Positions 1-13,934 of a DNA stretch of 64,000 nucleotides are shown piece by piece. Source of the stretch: Octopus sinensis (taxonomy: Eukaryota); assembly GCF_006345805.1 (NCBI RefSeq), contig NC_042999.1, forward strand, positions 86,242,001 through 86,306,000. The letters are read 5' to 3'. The notes beneath the pieces are model-generated. The model was not told where the DNA came from. It did not search any database and worked only from the letters and a program-made list of their open reading frames with translations. The number at the start of each line of letters is the position of its first letter. The stretch's first letter is position 1. The position numbers and the translations under genes were made by a program.

Positions 1-132
1 CTACTCAAACGTAAAGGATTCAAAGTCTTTGTACCAGCTTTAGAACCATGGATCCTAGATTTCATATTCAGTCTTTTCAGCGCACCTAAGTTTCAATTTA
101 ACAAGTATATGTATGTAACACACACACACACA

Positions 133-163
<31 letters not shown>

Positions 164-1449
164 CACAACTGAAAGTGGGAAATGGTATTAAAGGTATACA
201 CAAGCTATATGTATGTATAAATATGTGTGTGTGTGTGAGTATGTATGTATGTATGTATGTGTGAGCGCGTGTATGTTTGTGTATGTATGCATAAATGCAC
301 TAATTCTTCTACAGGATTCGTTTTATGATTTAATTTTTTCATTTAATTATGTAGTATTTTAATAGTTTATATAACTTTCTAGGCTGACACACTAGTGATA
401 TATTTTGATTGGTTATCGACTAAACCCTTCTTTAAAAAAAGCGTTACTCTATGGCTTTGTTGAGCATCGCAGAAAATGCTTTGTGGAATTCGTTCTGTTT
501 CTTTACATTCTGACTTAGAATCATGCCGAAGTGAACTTTATCTTATCCTGAGCAGTGGGACTTTAGGAAAATGGAGCCTCATATTTTGTAGTTGTGGCTT
601 TTTGTGTACTGAGTTTAAATTTACGCACAAATTCCCAATAGTCTACAAGGTAGTAAGGAGAGAATCAAATAAGAAAGAAGAAAACAAATACGCAGCTCAA
701 TGAAATACTGCAGCTTAGTACCTTGAATGACTTTGGCGGAGTTTATTCTGTTGCAAGCATTAGGTCCAGATAGCTGGTTTGATCGCGGCATGTACGATAC
801 ACGGCTTCCAGCAACTGCTACTTTGATCGCATATCAGAATTCTCTCCATTTCTGGAATAACAGAGATATGCCCTTTTCTTGATAAATACTCCGGGCAAAG
901 GCGCGTTGCACTGTCTCCTAGCTTGTAGAAATTGCCTATTATAGATAATTTCTCTTTGTGTTTAAATGTACACTATTTTATATTGAATAGTATGTCGTCT
1001 ATTTAACTTTTTATGCATGTTAGGCCACTGGTAGTAAATTTGTAAAAATTTAATACCCTATATAGATATCTAAGTATCGATATTAGCTTTTCAAAGTTCG
1101 TTTCGGCAGTCTTCATTTTCTGCCGACTGAAACTACGCATGTGTAGTGGATTTCGGAAAAATTATAAGATATAGAGATGAGACACGTGCTATCAGTCTCA
1201 TAATAATAGGTTAATAAGTTTTTTTTATTTGTTATTATTATTACTAGTATTGTTGTTATACATACATACAAGCATATGTAATGATAATAATAAGTGGATG
1301 TAAACACATGAACAAAATAAGAATAAACAAAAACAACAAAAACAAATTACATGAACGTATATAAACAGAAGATACAAATATTACAGGCATCCCCCCACAA
1401 CACACTAAATAAACATAGACGCACATAGAGATATAGGCATGCGCAAATG

Positions 1450-1680
1450 AAGACATACAATAGAAATACAAAATGGCTGACGGTTAGTAAGGAGAGAATC
1501 AAATAAGAAAGAAGAAAACAAAGGACCACTGATGTGGTCACAGGAGTGTGACGAAAGAACTCTGGCCGAAATAAGATTAAGTTTAATGTAAAAAATAAAT
1601 AACACTGAAGCAAAATAACACCAAATATATAGAGCGTGTGTTTTTATTGGCTAAACTGGCAAAATGACCATTCCGAAATA
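1450..1680 (+). mobile_element. Dispersed repeat, probable Penelope-like terminal-repeat remnant containing a degenerate minimal hammerhead motif
   Basis: A diverged reverse-complement relative lies at ~20215-20395. Contains CTGATGT-G-GTCAC(AGGAGT)GTGAC-GAAA at 1529-1556. Confidence 0.45.
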
Positions 1681-1730
1681 TAACAATATATATATATGCA
1701 TATATATATATAAATATATGCATATATATA

Positions 1731-2116
1731 TCTCTCTATATATAAACGGCAGTTTGTCTGTGCGTGTTTCTGTGTGTCTGTTTGCTTGTACCCTCACCCT
1801 GACCACAGCTTTCAACCGATTCTGATGAAACTTGACACACACATAGCCCAATGTCATAATTCAAAACTAACGCAGCGAAAATTTTGAAAAGTTCCCCCAG
1901 TTCTGAAAAAAATCGATAAATTCGACATGGGGTCGAGAACCAGGAACACAAACCACAAACTGTGTAGGGGACGCAACTCCACCTTTTTTAACTATCAAAA
2001 AAAAATTTACCATAATTTTTTTCCAATTTTTTTGCTGTTTTTTGGCTATAACTCTCTAAAAATGCTTTATAGTTATTTCCCTTACAAACCTGAGCAACGC
2101 CGGGCGATACTGCTAG
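1731..2116 (+). mobile_element. Non-autonomous Helitron-type element
   Basis: Starts TC(TCTCTATATATAAA) and ends GAGCAACGCCGGGCGATACTGCTAG (GC-rich subterminal segment plus CTAG). Inserted between A and T with no TSD. The internal CCGATTCTGATGAAACTTG motif resembles short invertebrate Helitrons. Confidence 0.75.
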
Positions 2117-2235
2117 TATGCATATATATATGCACATATATATATATATATATATATATGCATATATATATGCATGTATGTGCATATATATATACATGTA
2201 AATATATACATATATATATATGCATATATATATGC

Positions 2236-2270
<35 letters not shown>

Positions 2271-2586
2271 TATATATGCATGTATATATATATATATATT
2301 ATATATATATATATATATGCAAATATATATACACACACACATATATATGTATATATGCAAATATATATATACACATACATATATATAAATGTATATACAT
2401 ATATATGCAAATATATATATAACACACACACATATATATAAATGTATATACATATACACATATATCTATATGCATATATACAGTATATAAATATAAATGA
2501 ATGATATATGTTGGGCAATATGAGATCATGGTGTCTTTAAGTTTCACATTCATCGGCTTATGAAACTTCCTTTCGCATATTTTCGG

Positions 2587-2623
<37 letters not shown>

Positions 2624-2660
2624 ATATATATATATATATTATATATATATATATATATAC
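2117..2660. repeat. (TA)n/(CA)n/(TACA)n compound microsatellite
   Basis: Direct reading. Source of the spurious YIYI ORFs. Confidence 0.95.
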
Positions 2661-3247
2661 GTAAATATATCTTTGTAGTTGTATACATGTATATGGGTTG
2701 GGTGTTTTGTTAGTGTGTGTATGCAGGTGATTTTCGTTGTATTTTAAAGAATATTCCATATCACACTCCATGCTGTTTTTGTATGTTATGTCAGGCCTCA
2801 CCGGCGAATAAAGAAATAAATCACCATCATCATACCATCTTTATTGTCGTTACTCTTGCTATTATTATCTGGCTTCTTTCTGCTGTTGTCGTTGTCTCTT
2901 GTGTGTTGGTTTTCATGATTCTCAGTGCGCTTGGCCCTATGGTGATTGTTTCTGAGGTTTTATCATTCAGAATCTCTCTCTTTTTTTTTTTTACATATCT
3001 TTTTTTTTTTTTGCCCACTGATAACTTCTCCATTTCTTTTGCCTTGTAGAATCCAGATATCTATCATTAGATATTTTTCTGTCTGGTGGTCTCTGACAAT
3101 CATTCTAGAGTGCTACAGTTGTTTGCTCTTATTGTGTCTGCGTGAAGAAATATGTCCCAGTAGCCTATTTTATAGATATTTGCATCTGTTAGGCGGAATG
3201 AGTTCAATTGCTGTATAACAACAACAACAATGATAATAATAATAAAC

Positions 3248-3288
<41 letters not shown>

Positions 3289-3942
3289 CTGCTATTGATA
3301 TTATGTTATCTTGATAGTTTCTCTTAAAAGGACGAATGTGAGATTATGCAGGATCAAATGGTACCAACCAAGAACGACCAAAGTGAATTTTAGGAATGCA
3401 AAACGTTTTTAGCCACTTATTCGTTGCATCTTGGTGATATGTATCAACACATAGACACTCTTATATCCCGACAAAATTCCTTTTTCTGATCTCTTTCATT
3501 TATCATTAGTTCTTTATTCAAAACTTCATCCGTTTCTATAAATTAGTGCACTGCAGTTATATGGTCTCTTTATCTCTTAGAAATAGCAAACAAACCAAAG
3601 TCAAGTTATATTTTATTGTTTTTTTATAAAAAGTGAAAGACACATTAATTAAAATATTCTTGGTCATCTCGCTAAAAATTAGGATGATCATAGTTGAAAT
3701 GCATTTGATTATAGGTTGCCCTAGGCAAAACAACGCATGTCATATTTCAGTATTATTTTTCATAACATCTTTGCTTTTTTAAAATTCCTTATTATACAAA
3801 TGATATATTGTTTAATAGCTTAGTCCAGACGTTATCAAACGGTGTTCCCCGGACTTTTGAAATAATAATTTAAAATCCATATTTATGTTAGTGAGTCTTG
3901 AAAAACTGTTGGGCGTGGCTGAGTGGTAAGAATCTTGCTTCC

Positions 3943-5908
3943 GTGCATGCGTTGGTCAGTGTTTTTGTTTGCACTGATAGGAGTCACGACGCTGTACACA
4001 AACGTTCTGAATTATTGAACAAGTGAAGCACAACTACAAGGTAAGATTTTTTTGTGGTGGTGGTGGTGGTGGGGGGGGGTCAGTGGGGGTTTGTTGCTCG
4101 TGTTTATTTATTTTGTCGAACAAGAAATCTCCACTGAGTTCTGGGCATTTGTCTACCTGTAGTTGTGCTTAGAGTCTTACTTAGCGGTGAGAAGTGTGTT
4201 TTGGGGGCGTATCCCTACTCCAATAATTGCGAATATTGTGCTTATTTTTTACCCATTTTTTGTGAAATTGTTGTGTGACAGCTTTGTGCCCTGGATTACC
4301 AAGTGGATTACCAAGTTAGCCAGGAGTACCAAGACAGCCAGAAGAATAGTTTGATATTTTTGAACTGATTTTTTTCTTTTCTTCTTCTTTCCTCCCATAA
4401 TTTTTTTAACTCTTTGAACTTTTGTTTTTCTGTGAACTTTTTTTCCCCCAAAACATGGCAAAAAAAAATGAACAACACTGCGTTGGAGGGGGAGATTATC
4501 CCACCCAAACAGTGGATGAAAGACTTTGAAGAGAGGACGGTGGTGTTGAAGACTTACTCGAAGTCGCTCGACACCATCGCCCTCTTTAAAAAGATACAAA
4601 TTGAAAAAGAGTTGCCAGAGTATCTGCCATCTATAAAATTTATTGCTAGGGGTGTCAAGTATGCAACGGTGTGGTTGCTGTTTGACACCCTTAGAGGGCA
4701 AAGAGATTTTGTTTTTTCCCACGTAGTGTGGGAAGAAGTTGATAAGAGCTTGGGTCTGCGGGTTGCCATCTGAGATAGAACCCAAGTGGATAGAAGACAC
4801 TATCCGCCGGGGTTTGGGTGGCAGCGGATTCAAGCTGCTTAATGTTAAAATATTGCCGGCGGCTGATTGGGTTGGGCGAAAAGCTGTTTTGACCCTGTGG
4901 ACCCAATCAGCTAAGAATCTTGTTTTTCCAGATTTTTTGAAAATAGCCGGTTGCAGGTAACCAGTGATACTTGGGGGACGCCCCCACCAAGTGTCACCCG
5001 TGCCAGAACCAGGCCACATTAAAAAGAACTTTCCCCAGGACCAGGAACAGTTGGTTGAGGAAGAGCTCCCCCTCCTCCTTTGGAGGGAGAGATGGAGGCA
5101 GTCGAGGAGGTGGAGTCTTCCCCGAAAAAAAGGGGAAAAAAGGAAGAAGGTGCGCAACAATGGTTGCCTACCGAAGGACCCCAAAGCTGCGGGAAGGAGG
5201 GGAGATCCTCCGGTTAAAGCAGAGGACCTACACCCTCCCGTATCAAAGGTGAGAATAAAGAAGAAAAAGAATGGGATAGTGCCAGCAGTTAGCAATACAC
5301 TGCCGGCATGTCCTGAAACCTCATCGGTGGAAATTGTACCACCGACGGAGGAAACTGTGGCCCTCCCCAGCATAATGAATGAGGAATTTGTGACCTTCTT
5401 TCTTAAGGGATGGGGCGTAGAGAACTTTGTGGGGAATCTGGAAGGTCGGGAAGAGGAGGCCCTGTCCTGCGCTGAAAGCCCGGATTGGCCTCCGCAGGTG
5501 GCTGCGGAGGTCATGGCGGAAAATAATTTCTGCAGGGTGATGGACTCCTTCACCGAGGACGAATACAATTTTTTCTTATGGGGCCCCGACTTGCGACTGC
5601 AGGTTTGCCTGCAGGCGGAAAGAGACTTAATCGGGGAGGTAGAGTAAGAGGTCTTAGTGCCTCAATTTGAACTTGGTGATTTAGGTAAGAGGCTTAGCGC
5701 CTCAGTTTGTAACTGTTGTAAGAGCTTTAATACCTCATTTGTGGTTTTCTCTTTAAAAAGAACAATGTTTTCGGGAAGTAGCAAACGGCGGGCGTTGTCT
5801 GTTTCCCCCACCAACCATCTCTTTTTTCATTCCATTATCATTGTGTCTGTGTCCAGCCCACAAGCTTCCATCTGTGTTATGCATTTATGGCAAATGTAAT
5901 GAAACAAC
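3943..5908 (+). mobile_element. ORF1-only (HAL1-like) non-autonomous retroposon, family A
   Basis: Flanked by a diverged ~12-bp duplication (GAATCTTGCTTC at 3930-3941, GAAGATTGCTTC at 5909-5920). Has a 5' UTR, one disrupted ORF1-like frame and a short 3' UTR. No RT or endonuclease is visible. Confidence 0.75.
4455..5647 (+). pseudogene. Disrupted L1/Tx1-type ORF1 protein (RRM-like region plus degenerate CCHC zinc knuckle)
   Basis: Frames 4414-4773, 4739-4960 and 4964-5647 join across frameshifts and a stop. Motifs FIARGVKYATV, GLPSEIEPKWI and GRPTKCHPCQ-PGHIKKNFP align with the 59-64 kb protein (FLTRGSKYGTV, GVPPNVEAEWI, GRAPRCYKCGLRGHIRAFCP). Confidence 0.8.
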
Positions 5909-7449
5909 GAAGATTGCTTCACAACTACATGGTTCCGGATTCAATCCCACTTCGTGGCACCTTGGGCAAATGTTTTCTACCATAGCCTCGGGCCGACCAA
6001 AGTCTTGCGAGTGGATTTGGTAGACGGAAACTGAAAGAGACCTGTCGTGTATATATGTATGTGTGTATGTTTGTTTCTGCGTTTGTCTTGACAACCGATG
6101 TTGGTGTGTTTATGTCCCCGAAACTTAGCGGTTCGGCAAAAGAAACCGATAGAATAAGTACTAGGCTTACAAAGAATAAGTCCTGGGGTCGATTTCTTGG
6201 ACTAAAGGCGGTGTTCCAGAATGGTACGTGTAAACGTGTAAAAGAGTAAATGAGAGTATCATTAATAAAACAAGCAATAGTCTTCTACATTTTTTTCTAT
6301 TTTTTTAGTTTTAAAAATAGTTTCGCTTACCTTTCAATGAAAAGCGCGCCAATATTTTTCTTTTTATTTAATATGCAATCTGCATTGCGTAGGTAATTGT
6401 TTATTTAATCTTTAGTACGTCACAAAGACAAAAACAGAACTATCGGTTTAGTCAGATTAGAAAGGGCAACGCACATGACATTTGCAGGCCCTCCATAAAT
6501 GGTGGTGAATGGAAGTAGAAACTATGACTTATGAGTTGTTGTAGTAGATATGCGAAACCTGTTCCAATGTTTACAACTGAGCGTCTTCCGACAAAGGCAC
6601 CTAAGATCTAGATTGTAACGAAGGAGAATAACCATAAGATTTCTATTTTTAATTATATTTGCACATTCATAAACTATATCTATTTAAAAAAATTTTCTTC
6701 ACTGGTTTCTAATATCTGCGGTTTTTTTCCTGCCTTAACATTTATGTGAAAGACCTACTTAAGAATTTTTTTTCCTTCTTCGAACTCTTTAAAGCCTGTA
6801 TTTTACTATTAATCTTCCCAACAAGCGTTAGGGTATTTGACATTTTAAGTTTAATGTTTACGTTCTTAGTTCGAATTCAACAGAATCCTTATGGATCCAT
6901 GAAGTCAACTAATGAATAATAACTGTGATTCTGTGCCAGTATTAGAAATCAATATAAATTAGGTAGAAGCTGTATTATGCATATATCAGAAATGTTTTAA
7001 TTGCATTCACGAAGCGTTTATAATTTTACTTTTTATATCATACGTGTAAACTATTTTCATTCTTTTCCTCAAGGTAAATTACTAACACACACACACACTC
7101 ACACATTCTCTCTCTCCTCATCAAGTGTTGCAGGAAACAAACTAGTTTCTGTTCCAGAGATATGAAAACCTGGTCATACATGAGCTTGCCTGTCAGTACT
7201 TTATGTGAATGTCTTTCTGTGCCTAGTGTTTAGTGAGCGTGGAAGTTATGTTTAGGAGGAAGAGCATTGAGATTTATTCTTTACATATCCTGAACTAATG
7301 TAATCTGACTGAAACTAGAAAAAGATAGTTTACAATTGTCTTTTGTTTTTGGTAATCTTTGACTACACTTATCTTTCCTGTCGAGCAAGCACTCCATTAT
7401 TGTTGTTGTTGGTGGTGTTGTTGCTGTCGTTGTTGTTGTTATTATTATT

Positions 7450-8130
7450 AAGGCGGCAAGCTGGCAGATTCGTTAGCATGTTAGGTAAAATGTCAGGCGG
7501 TATTTTGTCCGTCTTTACATTCTGAGTTCAAATTCCGTCGAGGCCAATTTTGGTTTTCATCCTTCGGGGTTGATAAAATAAGCACCAGTTGAATGCTGGA
7601 GTCGATGTAATCGACTTAGCCCCTCCCCGAAATTGCTGGCCTTCTATCAAAATTTGAAAAAAATATCATTATTAAGGCGGTAAAAGGCAGTGAACCAGCA
7701 GAATGGTTAGCACGCCGGGTGAAATGCTTGGTGGTATTTTGTCCGTCTTCACGTTCTGAGTTCAAATTCCACCAAGGTCGCTTCGGGGTCGATAAAAGAA
7801 GTACCAGTTGGACACTGGAGTCAATGTAATCGATTACCCGTTCCTCCCGGAATTGCTGGCCTTGTACCAAAATTTGAAATCATTATTATTATTGCTATTA
7901 TTACTGTTGTTATGGTGGTGAATAGGTAGAATCGGTACAACCCCGAGCAAATGCTTTTCAGTATTCGTTCTATCTCTTTTCATTGAGGTCAACTTGAATC
8001 CTGCTGGATCCAGCTTTGCCCTTCCTCTATTCATAATCGATCAAAAAAATACCAATAATGAACCATATTCAGAGGTATCGACTCGTCCGCTACCTTCAAA
8101 ATTGCTGGCGTTGTGCCTAAATTAGAAACT
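7450..8130 (+). mobile_element. Three tandem copies of tRNA-derived SINE family 1 separated by (ATT)n
   Basis: Repeated AAGGCGGC(A/G)AGCTGGCAGA...GAGTTCAAATTCC...CATCCTTCGGGGTCGATAAAATAAG...GAAATTGCTGGCCTTG units with A-box/B-box-like heads. Confidence 0.85.
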
Positions 8131-8444
8131 TTTATAACCATTTTTATTTCGACGTCTAGAATTCTGCTAGGCCTTCGATGCACTCTACCATGTAGGCTAT
8201 CCTTTCGATGAAACATTAACTCTCCCAATCTATGGGGAGTGGTGTTAATTGCGAACATTAAGTGACTATTGACTGCCAACAGTTTAAGGTGTTGACAACT
8301 ACTGTTTGAATAATCCTTACTGGAGGGCTTCCGGGCAAGGATTATGAGTAATTTCCTAAAACCCTTGGCCTGACATTGCCACAGGCGGCACTGACTATCT
8401 GGGATAAATTTTGTAGGTACGACAGTATTGCAACTTGTGATTGT

Positions 8445-8908
8445 GACCCCCTTCGGTCATGAATGACCATGGGATTGCACCTGGAAAGTCACCTTCCGAG
8501 GCACAAGTCTGGGCAAGGTTGTTTATGGAAGACCAGCAGTCGCCCATGCATACCAGCCTCCCCTCTCCACGCCACCGATGCTATCCAAGGGAAAGGCAAA
8601 GGCCGATACAGCTTCGCACCTGTGATGTCGCAGCTCATTTATTAACGTGTAAGTGGCCGAGCATTTCACAGACATGTGTACCCTTAACGTAGTTCTCGGG
8701 GAGATTCAGCGTGACAAGGCTGGACCATTGAAATACAGGTACAACAGAAACAGGAAGAAAGAGTGAGAGAAAGTTGTGGTGAAGGAGTACTGCCGGAGCT
8801 TTAGGCGTTTTTTCTCAATAAACACTCACAATGCCCAGTCTGGGAATCGAAAGCACGATCCTACGACTGCGAGTCGGCTGCCCTAATCACTGGGCCATTG
8901 CGCCTCCA
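8445..8908 (-). mobile_element. Composite tRNA-derived SINE (third family) with a GC-rich, possibly RTE-related 3' part
   Basis: Minus strand reads TGGAGGCGCAATGGCCCAGTGATTAGGGC...TTCGATTCCCAGAC (A and B boxes), followed by a structured GC-rich tail. Confidence 0.6.
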
Positions 8909-9731
8909 CAGTATTGCAACTAATAGTAGCTAAACCTGCCTGAAACTTGCGGAAAGCGACAAAACCAACCAGTGCGCATTCGTTCATTGTCTGTACATTA
9001 TTTGTGTGTTTATACAAAATATCTGTTATTGCGTGTGGGATGAACGGCATCAGACTATTGAGACTATTTTGACAAAAATAAAAAAAAAGAAAGAAAAAAG
9101 CTAGTAAGTAGTCTCCCTCTACCTGGTGGCTATAGAAATGGTTGTTGTGTGATGGGTGCAGTTGAAACATTTGGTGATTAAGCTTTTCCTCTCGGGTCAA
9201 GCCTAGGTATCAATTGGAGAAGAAAGTCAGGGTAGAGAGTGGCGAGTAAATTTCCTCAAAGACAGTGAAAGCGGCGAAACTTACGTGACTAAATGGGCCT
9301 GCCCTAACTATGCGGATGTTAGCTCGTGGCGAAAACGGGACAGGTTTACTGCCTTTGGTGTGTCATAGTAATTAGGGGCAGCACGTAGGAGCGCTCCTTT
9401 AGCATCCATCCCATGTTGTTGTTCCCCATTTTGGGAGTGTTTCTGATGCTTTTCTTTTTTATCATCGCTACACACTATTTTTCCTTATTGTTATTATCGG
9501 ATCACACACTTTTATTAATATAAATCACTTTTTTTTAAAAAAAAAAGCCACATCCTTTCGTCTTTATATTTATTTATTACTATATGTTGTTCGGAAGTCT
9601 GATTTGCAACCACGTACTTCGGGTCGGGCCACAATATTGCAACGTGGGCGAGTTTTTCCTAGTGTAGCCCCACGTTGACCAAATACGCACGAGGGAATTT
9701 TGATTGACAAAAATTGTGAAGCAGCCTGTTG

Positions 9732-9765
<34 letters not shown>

Positions 9766-9797
9766 TAAAAAAAGGAGATGTCGAACACGAGTGGTGA

Positions 9798-10005
9798 TAT
9801 ATAAAAAAGGAAAGAAGAAAATCCTGACAAATAATTGAAGTAATTTGAGTAATTTAATTAGGTGAAAGTTCTTTTTACCGGTTGCGCATTGTTATGCTTA
9901 TCAATTTTTTGATAAGCATAACAAATGCGCAACCGGTAAAAAGAACTTTCACCTAATTAAATTACTCAAATTACTTCAATTATTTGTCAGCATTTTCTTC
10001 ATTTC

Positions 10006-10015
<10 letters not shown>
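9798..10015. repeat. Near-perfect long hairpin (~105-bp arms, ~4-nt loop), probable inverted Penelope-like terminal repeats
   Basis: 9798-9904 is the reverse complement of ~9909-10015, with few mismatches. Confidence 0.9.
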
Positions 10016-10083
<68 letters not shown>

Positions 10084-10114
10084 ATAGATAGATAAATAGA
10101 CAGACAGATATATG

Positions 10115-10150
<36 letters not shown>

Positions 10151-11609
10151 AACATATACATATGTGTGTATCTTTGTTTTTCCTCATTGTTTGTCGGTTT
10201 GTTTACGTTCCGTGTTGATTAGTGGTTGGTGGTTCGGCAAAGGAGTGTGATTGAATAAGTATTTGACTTAAATACTGGGGGCAATTCGTTCGACTAACCC
10301 TAAAAAGCAGTGCCCCAGAAATGACTAACACAAGTAAAAGAGTACATATATAGTACCAAAACATATTCTAGAAATATAGGTAATTATAACTTAGCGTAGA
10401 CACAAACATAAAGTAATACATCTAAAGTTTGTTGAAAAAGGCTCTAAAGCTATATTTCCATTACATTTCCAAAGCATTCAACCCATTCAGTTTATCTAAA
10501 TCTGTAATAACTTTGATGACTAAACAGAAGATATGAAATATGAATTACAGTTTAAATCAAAGTATTTGAATATTAATGACTCTCAGCTAGGGTCGAGATC
10601 TGCACATCCGTGTATTTGATGTGTATATGTGTGCGTTTCGTGACATTTTTTTTTTTGCCCCAGTTGATTTTTTTGTGAATTACTTGAGTCCTTGCCTGGG
10701 ATTGAACTCAGCATTCTAGGTGGCCGCACTTCATTAACCAATGTCTTTATCTTCTACGCTCTGCTTGTTGTAATTAATCCTTCGAACAACAAAGAAATAA
10801 ATTGTCTTCACTATGTCCTTTACTATAAAGTGACAGTACAAAAGACATTATTATTAATTTTTGTACGGCCTTCACATGGAAACATCAGATAATTTTTAAA
10901 ATCTGTTCTTCACATTCAATGTTCCATTAAGTCATTGAATCTTTAAAATTACAGATATCCAGGTACTATCTAAATATTAGATAGCACCAGACTATCTAGG
11001 TTTACAAGTGAAGCAAATTTTTACATGAGCAACAGTGAGTGCCTATATGAATGTGAATATTTAATCAAAACTATTAAAGCTACCGGTTGCGTTATGTTCC
11101 CAAACATACAGATCACATATTTGTGGTCTACGACAGTAGCCTTTGATATTGACATCCGTTGCAGTGTAGCGCAATCTAGATGTTTTTCTAGAAACAATAT
11201 TCCCCAATATTGTTTCATGTTAATGGCACTACACTGTGCGTGAATGTCTAAATATTTTTACGTAACTCAGATGAAACTATATCCTCGGGTAAAATGTTTG
11301 AATATATGATATGCATGTTTGCGCAATACTAAATTCTAGTAGTAGTCATTATAGCTAGTGATTACGAAGATAAATATCTTATAAGTAATAAAAGCAATTT
11401 AATTTTAATTTTTTCACTGGGCGTGTAGTGCTCAAATTAAAGATAAACTGTTTTATATTAATGTTATAAATTATAAAATCATTAACCGACTATGATATAT
11501 ATATATATAAATATGCATTTATGCGTATTCTTTTCATAATTTTATTAAAATTATTTTCATTAACATAAACTCCATAAACAATATGTATATATATATATTC
11601 TTTCTTTTA

Positions 11610-11769
11610 TTTGTTTATTTGTTTCAGTCATTTGACTGCGGCAATGATGAAGCACTGCCTTTAGTCGAGCAAATCGACCCCAGGATTTGTTCTATCGGTC
11701 TCTCTTGCCGAACCGCATCGGATATATATGTTGGGGGGACAAACACAGACACACAAACATATACATACA

Positions 11770-11832
<63 letters not shown>

Positions 11833-11990
11833 ACGACGGACTTCTTTCAGTTTCCGTCTACCAAATCCATACACAACGACTTGGTCGGCCCGAGGCTATA
11901 CCAGAAGACACTTGCCTAAGGTGCCACGCAGTGGGAGTGAACCCAGAACCATGTAGTTGGTAAGCAGCTACTTATCGCACAGTCACTCCG
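11610..11990 (-). mobile_element. SINE family 2 copy
   Basis: Contains CTTCTTTCAGTTTCCGTCTACCAAATCC and GTGCCACGCAGTGGGAGTGAACCCAGAACCATG, the reverse complement of the family 2 head and body. Confidence 0.85.
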
Positions 11991-11994
11991 TGTA

Positions 11995-13735
<1,741 letters not shown>

Positions 13736-13875
13736 GAAAAAAAGTGTGTGTGTGTGTTTTATATATATGAATGATAAATGCATTAAACAACGATAGCTAT
13801 GTGCATATTCACATACAAACATGTATACTCACATTTAAGTAGATACACACAGACACATACTATATATATTATATA

Positions 13876-13934
<59 letters not shown>

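Larger units (their letters stand above)
3911..6250 (+). mobile_element. tRNA-derived SINE (family 2) split by a ~1.97 kb insertion
   Basis: 5' head GGGCGTGGCTGAGTGGTAAGAATCTTGCTTC at 3911-3941. The body resumes at 5909 (GAAGATTGCTTCACAACTACATGGTTCCGGATTCAATCCC...) and matches uninterrupted copies at 15150-15560 and 39640-40040. Confidence 0.85.

Noticed and set aside
1927-2801. Long [12 protein letters not shown] ORFs here and throughout the window (e.g. 29878-30705, 43975-46347)
   Set aside because: These are translations of (TA)n, (TG)n and (CA)n microsatellites that happen to lack stop codons.
4249-5568. 439-aa minus-strand ORF, the longest in the track
   Set aside because: Antisense shadow of the purine-rich ORF1 pseudogene; no recognisable motifs.
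8820-8908. Possible tRNA gene (also the other SINE heads)
   Set aside because: Has A/B boxes but no clean cloverleaf and continues into a SINE body.
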